Positions 13,190-24,665 of a stretch of DNA of 64,000 nucleotides are shown piece after piece. Origin of the DNA: Puccinia triticina (Eukaryota); NCBI GenBank assembly GCA_026914245.1, contig CP110439.1:5022001-5086000 (forward strand), given 5' to 3'. Position 1 is the stretch's first letter, and each line of letters opens with the position of its first letter. A model generated the notes under the pieces. That model made no database searches and had not been told where the DNA came from. It saw nothing but the letters and a program-made list of their open reading frames with translations. Made by a program: the position numbers and the translations under genes.

Positions 13190-13632
13190 GTGCTGGATGG
13201 CAGTGTGTACCGGCCATTGAACAGAGGGGAGCCCCTTCTTGATGGCCGGTGTGTACCAGCCATTGAGCGGAGGGGAGCCCCTGCTGGATGGTGGTGTGTA
13301 CTGGCCATTGAGCGGAGGGGAGCCCCTGCTGGATGGCGGTGTGTACCGGCCATCAAGCGGAGGGGAGTCCCTGCTGGATGGCGGTGTGTACCGGCCATCG
13401 AGCGGAGGGGAGCCCCTGCTGGATGGTGGTGTGTACCGGCCATCAAGCAGAGGGGAGCCCCTGCTGGATGGCAGTGTGTACCGGCCATCAAGCGGAGGGG
13501 AGCCCCTGCTTGATGGCCGGTGTGTACCGGCCATCAAGTAGAGGGGAGCTCCTGCTGGATGGCGGTGTGTACCGGCCATCGAGTGGAGCCGGGGAGCCCC
13601 TCCTTGATGGCCGGTACACACCGGCCATTGAG
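13190..13632. repeat. 45-bp tandem minisatellite (~10 units) made of two hairpins per unit
   Basis: Unit approx. CGGAGGGGAGCCCCTGCTGGATGGCGGTGTGTACCGGCCATCGAG. The ORF track shows a matching 15-aa periodicity (GGEPLLDGGVYRPSS). Confidence 0.9.
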
Positions 13633-14232
13633 CGGTGTCCAGACAATGGCCATGCCCATAGTTGGGGGAGACTTGCTCTCAAGTTGTAAATACATACATA
13701 TCCTTTCCCCCTGAAGCTGAACAAAATTCTGAACTCAAACATTCAAGCTCAGGAGTTCAGCAATGTTGGTGGATGAGCGAACTCAGTCTAATTACTCACC
13801 CACCCCTGATGCGCAAATGAGTAAAGCAATACATTGCACAGAGTCAGGCTGAAGTTTCAGCAGAGTCTCAGCCTGTGCTCCTTCATGTCACCTTCCCCCA
13901 GTTGACATGATTTTTTTCCTGGTGGATAATTTGCTGATGCTTGAATAATAGATAAGATTTCAAATTCTATGCAAGATGCAACCAAACTTGATTCACAATG
14001 TTGTATAGCTTTAACTTTCCAAATTTACAATTTCTTTGGGATGATAAAACTGTAGGATAATGATGATGAAGATAAAGAATATATCAATAAGGAAAAGAGA
14101 AAGAAAGTAGGGGGGAACAATCCCAAGAACAGAAAAGGGTAATGAGAAAATGATGCGCGCTGATGTGCAACAACAATCAAGAGCTAAATGAAATATGTCA
14201 TAACAATGTAGATCGGAACCGTATCCATCAAC

Positions 14233-15909
14233 CAAGCTTAACAAAGCCTCACTGTGAGAGCCCCAAAGGGGCAGCCCTGCAGGGTCTCTGTCTCACAGAG
14301 AGGCTTACCTTCAAAAACCTGTATCTGGCCTGAGAGCCCCAGGAATATCAGCCTGTATCAGGCTTTTTTTCACTCTTTTCATTTTTAAACATCAACCATT
14401 GGCCCGTTGAGGTCGCCCTTCTGGACTTAAGAAGTGCTTGGGAGTGCGCTTCTTCTGATGCAATTTGGGCCTTTTACACTACAAACATTTATGATTTTGC
14501 CCAAAAAAGAAATAAAAGTCAACATGAAAAAAATGAAACCAGAATTTCACTCAGGGGAACAAACTGAGCATGCTGAGCCAAAAAAATAAAATGTCCCAAA
14601 CTGAGCAAAAATCATTGGAAAATGTTTTGGGATGGTTTTTTTTTACGGGCCTGGAGCGGGCTTGAGCGGGCCTTGAGCGGGCCTGAGATGGGCCTACCCC
14701 AAAAGCACATTGGGTCAGTATTAAAGGAGTTTTGCCTTGCCCTGGGGGCTTCTGGGGCTTTTTGTGGTCTAGAAGTATCAACTCGGGCCACTGAATAGCC
14801 CATGGGCCTTTGAACTCCCAGAAAGCCCACCATGAGCCCCCACATAGCTAATGGGCTCTTGGTAGCCCATGAAGATCTCCATGGGCCAACAGATACCCTC
14901 ATGGGCTTTTGGTGGCCCATGAAGATCTCCATGGGCCAACAATTATCCTCATGGGCTTTTGGTGGTCCAAAACGCTCCCCATGAGCTTTTTGTGGCCCAG
15001 AAAGGAGGCAAAAAGCCCATGGGATCCCATGATGGAAGTATCTGTTGGCCCATAGGGATCTTCATGGGCAACCAAGAGCCCAATAGCTATGTGGGGGATC
15101 ATGGTGGGCTTTAGGCCCATGGGCTATTCAGTGGCCCGGGTTGATACTTCTAGACCACCAAAAGCCCATGTTGAGATTTTGGGCCCATCAAAAGACCCAG
15201 CAGCTCCCAGGGAAAGGCAAAACACCTTTAATACTGACCCAATGTGCTTTTGGGGCAGGCCCATCTCAGGCCCACTCAAGGCCCGCTCAAGCCCGCTCCA
15301 GGCCTGTTAAAAAAAACCATCCCAAAACATTGTACAATGATTTTTGCTCAGTTTGTGACATTTTATTTTTTTGGCTCAGCATGCTCCGTTTGTTCCCCTG
15401 AGTGAAATTTTGGTTTTATTTTTTTCATGTTGACTTTTATTTTTTTTTGGGCAAAATAATAAATTTTTGTAGTGGTAGCTGCTGATATAATGCCTGATCC
15501 TCCCGGTTGAAATTTCCAATCATGGAGGAAAAGTGGCCGTGTAGGGAGTGAGATTTACTGTACAGAACTGTACAACTCTATTAGTCATCTCAAAGAATTC
15601 TTGGAAAGTGAGCTCCTTTGAGCCAATCTCCAGCTCATGGGAGGAGGGCAATTGTGGCATGCCTACCACCAATTTGAAGAGGAGATGCAGGTTGTTCACC
15701 GGTTCAAGAGGCGGGCAACATGCCCTCTGGGAAGTGGGGGATTTGGGGGCACAAAGTTGGCCATCTGCAAAAAACACCAACTGCACACGGGGCTCTCACG
15801 CCAGGAATTGTGGATTGCACACAAGTCCCTCCCTGACGGGAGGTTGCACTTTGTGCAAGGCGCTTCGCGCCCCTGCCCCCCAGCAGGCGAGGGACTTGTG
15901 CTAAGTTCG
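14233..15909. mobile_element. Second copy of the 9054-9715 MITE family, interrupted by a CACTA foldback element
   Basis: Direct similarity to 9054-9715 (near-identical translated ORFs 9326..9592 vs 15520..15786). No clear TSD. Confidence 0.8.
14477..15474. mobile_element. Non-autonomous CACTA foldback element
   Basis: Ends CACTACAAA...TTTGTAGTG with inverted arms of roughly 400 bp. 3-bp TSD TTA/GTA; the empty site in copy 1 reads CCTTGTAGCT. Confidence 0.85.
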
Positions 15910-18782
15910 CCTGAACTCAGGCTTTGGAGCGGCATGGACTTTGTCTGAACCGTATTTCTCATCTCAGATCATCCATCCACCCCGAATCCCAGCAAATACA
16001 TATCAAGAGCTTATTGATCACTTCCCCGCGTGTCTTCTGAGTTTCAAGCTCTTAGCCGCTGAGTCCCAAGTCGCTAAAACCTTTTCCTGATCACAACTTC
16101 CGGTCCCTTTTGCCGGCTTTTCCTCCTGAATTACTCCCTTCTGATCTTTCAACAAACCACCGCCAACAAGGATCTAACCCCCGTTGCCTCTCAAAATAAA
16201 TCCCCCCCTCTCTAAGCTACAATTTGAATCCTGAATCCCCACGACTCTTTTCTGGATCACCGCGAAGGCAGCGCTCAGCGCACTTTTCCCTTCCAGTAAC
16301 TGCCGACGGCCCAGCACTGGTCGGAGTTCCACACCGGTGAACACATGAACATGTTTTCGAAGCGCCAGCGACTGACCTCTCTTGTTTTGTGCTGCTTTCA
16401 AGCGGCGCACTACATAGCCCGGCCTACCCCTCCATTGCATATCACTCATGAAGAAGATCAAACAGCAGAAGGTATCTTCATCAGTTTCTTCTCCTCCCAC
16501 ATGGCATATTTGAAATACTCCAACCATGTGATACACTGATAATGTCCCTTGAAATACGGATACCACTTTCTTTCTGTGTCTAGTTGCCGTGGATAGTCAA
16601 CACCCTTTGAGTTCCGACATCATTTGGTCGCTCATGAATGGATCTCTAGACCCCCAACCAGCCGCGCTTCCAGTTGCTCATAAACGTCAGCTGCCTGCCT
16701 CCCCGCGTAGCAAACTAAGCTTAAAAAGCCTTTTTTTGTTGAATTTTTGTGATTAAAATACATCAGATGCAGGGGTTACGGTCTCGCTGGAATGGAAACA
16801 AAGTACTTACCAAGTTCCATGGCATCACTTTCTTTCAAAACTTCCACAACTTTGGAAACTGATGCTAGAAAAACTTTGAATAATTAACAGGGCAAGAAAG
16901 AGTGGAAGAAGAATTTTGTATTTTGGGTACACATTTCACAATTTTCAATCTACAAGTTACAGAAGACAAGATATGGATCACCAAGTCTAACAATGCCAAT
17001 AGGTTGAGGAAGTACCCCAACCCCTGGTCTCTGAAGTTGACTAAGGAGTTACGGAAATCCATTCAAGAAATAGAAGAGATTTTCAAGTTAATTGGAGGTT
17101 GTAGGTGGCATTTTTTGTTCAAGCTCACTCAGAAGCGGATGGTGCTTGGTTCTCATTGTGGTGCTACAATGCAATTTTTCAAAGAATTTTCCAAAGGAAT
17201 GAAGTTGGTATTCTATTCAGCTTCATGGAACTGTTGTTTGGAAGATTGGGATCTCTAATTGATGTTCACCTACTTCCAGATTAAATGATCTTCAAAAATT
17301 CAAGGGCAGGAGCTCCATCAAGCCAATCAAAAAATCATGGAAGAAAGCAATAAAACTGGGCGCCGGATCAAATAAATGTAAAAATGGTAGACAATTACTT
17401 TATTGCAACATGCGATGAATTTGGCTTCAGTAGTTAATTGTGCAACCACGGATTGCTTTTTTGTTGTCCACGAAATTGGGTTTCCAAAAAAGGTGATGAC
17501 GTAGCCAGACATAGATTTCTTTGATACCAATGAAGTACCATAATCAGCGTCCGCCCAGCCGCACAAGGCATTGGCTTGTTGGCCTTTTTTGAAATGAATG
17601 CCAACATCGGCCGTGCCTTGAAGATACCAAAGGAGATGCTTGATAAGAGACCAATGCAAAAAAGAAGGGGAAGATGCAAACTGAGCCAAGATGGTGACCG
17701 TAAACGCGATGTCTGGGCGAGTGTGAAGGGCGAGATAGTTTAACATGCCAATTGCCTTTTGCATAGTTTTAACATCAAAAGAAGGGGAATCCAAAGCAAC
17801 CACTCGATGAAAATTCATCGGAGATGGAGCTTTTACCGTCGTAGCGCTGCTCATGCCGAACTCTTCAATGATTTTGTGTGCAAAGTCTGACTGATGAATT
17901 AGTGATGAGCCATCTTTGCGCTAATCCAGAGTGTATCCGAGGTGTTGATTAGGCTTTTCTTTAATTTTCAGCACATATGATTTCTTCAAGTCGTCCAAAA
18001 AAGCCAGAACCGCCTTCCGGGACCGTCCAACCACCAAGCCGTCGTCCATGTGCATGTGCAAAAGAACAGATTTGTCGGCGTTGTGAAAAAGAGCATCATC
18101 CAAAATTGAAGCCTCAAAATTAATAGATTTAAGGGTCGCCACCAGATGGGCCTTCCACATGCGCAGAGCTTGCTTCGTTCCGTACAGAGACTTGTTGAGT
18201 TTCCAAACCCAACCCTTTTTCGCCGGATCCGGATCTTCAAAACCAAGAACTTGAGATACGTAGATTGAAGCATTGATGTTGCCGTAAAGAAATGCAGTCT
18301 CAACGTTGAATTGAAACACACCCCAGCCCAAATTTACCGCTAAAGAAAGGATCATCTTTAGCAATTCGTTTCTTGCTACAGATGAATACGTTTTGAAGTA
18401 GTGGAGCATATGTTACTGATGATTTCCGAACACCACCCATCGCGCCTTATGACAAACAACTTCTTTGAATTTGTTAAGCTTTTTGGTTAACAACCACATA
18501 TCACCAATGGTTATGGAGGCAGAACGAGGGTGCCAGTGTTCTTTGATTGCAAAGAATTGAATTCAGATGACAACGTGTTCTCCCATTGAGGCAAAGAGCG
18601 TGCATCATTCATTGCTTTGTTGATCAGAACCGATTGAGTCAAGTTTAGATGAGGAAATTCATTGTCCGCGGCAAAAGTTAAATCCGGCAACTCTTGTGCA
18701 GCAGCACGTCGAGAGCCTTCTACGATATTTGATGGGTTGATTGTCGAAGAAATATCCTTTTGCGCGCGTTGATCTTTTGGTT

Positions 18783-21700
18783 TGTCAAGACTCAGGGCTC
18801 GCCCCAGAGCAAAGGAAGCGCAAGGAGCGAAACCCTAACCCCGCAAGGGGGAATGGTGAGTCCGCGCGACCCATAGGTCCATGCATATGCATGTGACTCT
18901 CAGACAATAGGAGTAGGCGAGAAGCTGAAACTTTGTTCCTCTCCTTCTAGCCATGTCTCCACACAACGAAGAGCCTAAGCGATCCAAGAGAAGCACTCCA
19001 CCAAAAAGGTAAGTAGTGCTCCTTGAATTCGTCACAAGCTGAGGAGCGAGCAGCTGATCAAAAGATTAATAATCTTATTGCAGCAAGCTTACGCCCGAAG
19101 CCGATTCAGACCGCAACGGTTCCAGCCTCATCAATAGGATCTCCAGCTCAACAAGTGGTAAGTCCATCAATGCAGAGCCTCATAAAGCATTGCCAGTCAC
19201 TGACTGAGAGAACTGCATGTGCAATAGACTACAGCAGTTCCAGCTCGCTTCGCACTCGTATTGGCGGACGCTAAAGCATCAAGCCTGATCGAGCATAAGT
19301 AAGAGATAACCTATATCTCTCTCTAGATTCCTCCCGGAATTCAGGCACTGACTCTAGATTCAGTTGCTGCACACAGGCAGAAGCTCCATCACCACGAACG
19401 CGTGGCTCAAGCTGCTCAAGCAGTCCCTTTCAATCTTATTCCATTCTCATACCAGAGCCGGCAATGGTTCCGCTCTTAGGTACATTATTTGTTTTCTTTC
19501 TCTCTAAGTCTCTGAGATTGTCAGATAGACCAAATTCCTAATGCAGAAATAAAACCTCTTAGTATTGTGGAATCTTTTAGATTTACAGTCTCGGATCTCT
19601 GAACCACCCGACCTCATTACCACAACTAAGAGCGGAACACCATGGCCGGCACTCGTCAAACTCCTGCTGCTTCCTCATCAAACGCAAACTCCAACACCTC
19701 CTCCTCTACGAACGATGAGCGCGACCTGTTTAAATGTCCAACCTTCAATGGAAAAAACTTTCCCATCTGGCAGCGAAAGGTCAAGACCTATCTGGCCGTC
19801 AAGAGTTTGATGAAGTGTATTGAGCAACCCCTACCGCCTAACGCCTCCGAGCAAGCAAAATTGGAATATGTTTGAGCCGCTGCCATTATCAGCGGCCACA
19901 TCGAGGACAATATCTACAACCACATCATCACCAACAAGAACATGAACAACGCCTTTGCTCTCTGGAAAGAGCTAAAGGGTGAATATGCCTCAGCGTCAGT
20001 ACTCGCCATCTATCACGCCTGGCGAAAGTGGGAAGATATTCAGTACAACAACAATATCAACCGCTACATTACGCAACTTGAATCGATGTTGGCGGAGTTT
20101 GTGGCTATGGGGTTAGACGTTCCCGGTACTATTCTGAGCTGTACTATAATTGCAAGGATCTCAAGAAAAAGGCCCTCCATCATGGAGACTCTGATCAGCA
20201 ATGCCGAAATGCTATCACATCCGAAGCAGATCATAGCTAAACTGCGGGATATTGCCCACCACAACGCTGTCTCAGAAACCATGTCCAGGGATGAAGAAGC
20301 AGCTACCGGATTGTCCACAGCACTAGCGGCACAAGCGCAACACTCTGGAAACCGTGGAAACCAGCAGCGCAAGCGGCACTACAACCCTCACCCATGTACC
20401 AACAAGCAACATAATCCTTTGGCAACTTCTCACACTGAGGTAGACTGCTGGACGTTGCACCCTGGTCTCTACAAGAAAGCTTGTTCAAATCCACCCACCG
20501 GCTTAGTCACCACCACTGCAACAGAAACTCCGGAATCCGCCAATATTGTAAGACCATCTTTTGGTTACTTAACAGGCCCGGACACAGCTGGGGTGAAAAT
20601 GCCCATGGTTTTGGACTCGGGTGCCAGCCACCATATGCTCAATGCAATTGATTTATTCAGCACCACCTCACCGGTTAAAATAAGAATTGCAACCGGTCAT
20701 AAGTGAGATTAGCGTGAGCTGTTTGCGGTAGCCAAGGGGAACGCAGTGTTGCGACTTGAAAACAGATCGTCCATTGTATTGAAGGACGCCCTCTACGTCC
20801 CCAACCTAACTCAAAGTCTAATCTTGTTTGCTCAGTTAATGGAGAATAACGCCTCCATCTTACCGGCGCCGTGCGGCTTTACTGTGAAGATTGACAATCA
20901 AACTGCAATTGACATCGACACTACCAACTCGATTTTGAGATAGTGGGTGTGTGAACCGCAGACTGAACCTACAGCAAATCTAACAGTAACTACGTTGGCT
21001 GCAAAACACAACAGTTTTGATCTCTGGCACCAACGGCTAGGACACGCCAGCCGCAAGAGAATCAAAGTGATGCTCGACAAGCCGTTACCTCTCAAAGCCT
21101 CAAAAGCGTGTGACGCCTGTATGAAGGGTAAGGTCACTTGACTACCGTTCAACAGCCACTTCAAAGCCACTACCTGCTCTCTTGAGGTTGTGCATGCCGA
21201 TCTTGTCAGGCCCATCACACCCGCAACAAACGGAGGTGCTTGCTATTTTCTCACAATAGTGGATCAACACTCCGGTTACATACACACGGACATTCTGAAG
21301 CTGAAGAGTGAGGCACCAAAAGACATTCTTGAATACAAGTCTTTCTTTGAGGCACAGACAGGTAACACCATTAAAAAACTGATAACCAAAGGCGGTGGTG
21401 AATTTGTTGGGAAAGCATTGAGCGCAATTCTCAAGGAGGCCGGAATCCAGCACAATTTTTCCCTGCCTTATACGCCTCAGCACAACAGATTTGCTGAACG
21501 CGCCAATTGGACGGTAATTGAAATGACTCGGACTCAAATGATGCAGGCCAATATGGCCCCAGAGTGGTGGGGCGAAGCAGTCAAGTCTGCCACAGCAACC
21601 ACCAATTGCTTGCCTTCTCTCAGCAAAAGTTGAGCCTCACCAATGGAGCTCATGTTCAAAATCAAGCCAAATATGAACTTTTTCAGGCCATTTGGATGTT

Positions 21701-24665
21701 GCGCTTGGATCGTGAAACCAAAGCAAAACCGTGGAATAAAATTTGGTCCAATAGCTTGGGACGGGATAATGCTGGGCTACAACAATGACTTCACGTCATA
21801 CAGAATTTTTTGGCCGGAAGACAAGTCTTTCGTAACATCAAAACACGTGCACTTTGACGAGTTGACTTTTCCTGTCTGTCCTGCGATGAATAAGAGTCTC
21901 AACGTCTTTGGAATCAACAAATTACCATTGTTCACTGAAGAGGATCCTCTGCCCTTCACTGAGGAAGATCAACTGAATGAACTCCAGCAAAATGAAGATG
22001 AAGATTGTGAGGAAGAAGAAGACATTGAACGGGTATTAAGAGAGCTAGCGCCTGGCCCGCAACTAGGCAACGAGGATCAGAAATATGAAGACCGTCAAGA
22101 AGACGCTGAGGACAAGACGGCCGTGACCAATCAGCAGCAACATCCTTTGCAACCAACATTGCTCCCGCGACTTAAAGTTATTGGCCCTCGCCATCCCACC
22201 TTAATCACTAGTGACATTGACCCGGCTAACATCCGTAACTATAGTCGGCGCCAAATGTATCATGCAACAACTGTGTCGGAGCCTCAAAACCATTGACAGG
22301 CAATGAACTCAGCTGAGTCTCTTAACTGGAAAGAGGCAGAGCTGAAGGAAGTAGCAAACATGATTCAACATGATGTGTGGCTACAGCGGCCCCGTGAACC
22401 CAAAGATACACCAATTCCGGCCACTTGGGCTTTTTGGAAAAAGCTAGGCCCGGACAACAAGGTGACCAAGTTCAAAGCTAGAATATGTGCTCAAGGTTTC
22501 CGGCAAACCTATGGTCTAAATTACGAGGCGCGCTACGCACCCACGGGTCAGCCATGCTCATTGAGGCTGCTTATCTCTTTTGCCGTTAATCATGGACTGG
22601 AAGTTCATCAAATTGATGTAAGGAGCGCTTTCCTTACTTGCCCACTCAAAGACAAAGTCACTCTCCTTCCGCCTCCCGGACTCGATCTGCCGCCCAACAC
22701 CGTGCTGGATCTCAAGAAAGCAATATACGGCCTAAGGCAAGCACCATTAGTGTGGTACAACCGGCTGTCAAACTACCTGAAGAAGATTGGCTTCACCATT
22801 TTGATTGCCGATCCCTGCGTCTTCTACCGCTGTGGGATTGCAGGAAGAGCAGACACCTTTGTTTACGCGCACGTTGACAATCTCGTCTTTGTCAGCAAGC
22901 AACCGCTCCAATTTAAAGAGGAAATGGAGGCGGAGTTCAAGATCAAGTACTTGGGCAAGGCTAAATTCCCCCTAGGAATGAATATTGAGTGAACTGAGAA
23001 AGGCGTTCACATCAATCAGTCGCAGTTCATTGAGCAGAAGCTAGAGGAATTTGGTCTGGAAAACCTTCATCCGGCATCATGCCCGCTCAACCCAAAAGTC
23101 TACCTGAAGAAGCCAACTACTCAAGAAATAGCTGAGTTCCAGAAGACCGGCGTCAACTATTGGGCGCTAATCGGCTCACTAAACTACTTAAGCGGACTAA
23201 CTCGACCTGACATAGCGTACGGGGTCAGTTCTCTGTCACAATACCTCAAGAACCCTGGCATACTGCACTATCACGCTGCTATTCAGGTTAATTGGTACCT
23301 GGTGGGAACAATGACTCTCGGCTTAATTTTTCTGAAAAGCGCTGATAATGCATTGAAGGCCTATGTTGACCCGGATTGGGGGAACTGCCCCGATACAAGA
23401 AGGTCCTCTACTGGCTTTGCAATCATTGCGGGATCTCACTTGATAGCTTGGAAATCATCGAAGCAAGCTACCGTGTTGCTGTCAACAATGGAGGCTGAAT
23501 ACAAAGCCTTGTCGGACCTAGGTCGGGAATTAGCCTGGCTATCCAATCTTCTATCCGAAGTCAAGATCCATCCCGAATCGCAAAACATTGAATTCTTAGT
23601 CGACAACAGGGGAGCCATCGACTTGGCCAAAAGCAAAACATCTCAAAACAGCTTTTGTACAAAGCATATGTTGATCTGTCTTCACTTTGTCCGTGAACTC
23701 ATCATCAGGCAACTAATTCGACTAAGCTACATTCGCTGTGGGGCAAACGCCGCCGACTTTCTCACTAAACCGGTCGGCAGGGTCATTATAAGACGGGCAC
23801 TTGAAACCATCGGCATTAAACCTTTGTCTCAAGTTGCTTCAACCCTACTGGATCGAAGCATGGCGGGATGTCAAGACTCAGGGCTCGCCCCAGAGCAAAG
23901 TAAGCGCAAGGAGCGAAACCCTAACCCCGCAAGGGGGAATGGTGAGTCCGCGCGACCCATAGGTCCATGCATATGCATGTGACTCTCAGACAATAGGAGT
24001 AGGCAAGAAGCTGAAACTTTGTTCCTCTCCTTCTAGCCATGTCTCCACACAACGAAGAGCCTAAGCGATCCAAGAGAAGCACTCCACCAAAAAGGTAAGT
24101 AGTGCTCCTTGAATTCGTCACAAGCTGAGGAGCGAGCAGCTGATCAAAAGATTAATAATCTTATTGCAGCAAGCTTACGCCCGAAGCCGATTCAGACCGC
24201 AACGGTTCCAGCCTCATCAATAGGATCTCCAGCTCAACAAGTGGTAAGTCCATCAATGCAGAGCCTCATAAAGCATTGCCAGTCACTGACTGAGAGAACT
24301 GCATGTGCAATAGACTACAGCAGTTCCAGCTCGCTTCGCACTCGTATTGGCGGACGCTAAAGCATCAAGCCTGATCGAGCATAAGTAAGAGATAACCTAT
24401 ATCTCTCTCTAGATTCCTCCCGGAATTCAGGCACTGACTCTAGATTCAGTTGCTGCACACAGGCAGAAGCTCCATCACCACGAACGCGTGGCTCAAGCTG
24501 CTCAAGCAGTCCCTTTCAATCTTATTCCATTCTCATACCAGAGCCGGCAATGGTTCCGCTCTTAGGTACATTATTTGTTTTCTTTCTCTCTAAGTCTCTG
24601 AGATTGTCAGATAGACCAAATTCCTAATGCAGAAATAAAACCTCTTAGTATTGTGGAATCTTTTA
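18783..24665 (+). mobile_element. Ty1/Copia LTR retrotransposon A, full length, with 797-bp LTRs
   Basis: TSD TGGTT. LTRs 18783-19579 and 23869-24665 (TG...TA) with only 2 differences seen by eye. Order gag-PR-INT-RT-RH. Confidence 0.95.
19642..23982 (+). pseudogene. Copia A gag-pol polyprotein, interrupted by about 8-9 premature stops
   Basis: FNGKNFPIW (gag), VLDSGASHHM (protease), WHQRLGH..CDAC, YTPQHNRFAER (integrase), KAIYGLRQAP/HVDN (RT), IAWKSSKQ/NAADFLTK (RNase H). Confidence 0.92.

Noticed and set aside
13190..13632. CRISPR-like array
   Set aside because: Units are contiguous with no unique spacers, the context is eukaryotic and there are no cas genes.
18830..18842. Telomere-like CCCTAACCC here and TAGGGTTAGG near 35321
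   Set aside because: Fewer than two full units, as expected by chance.
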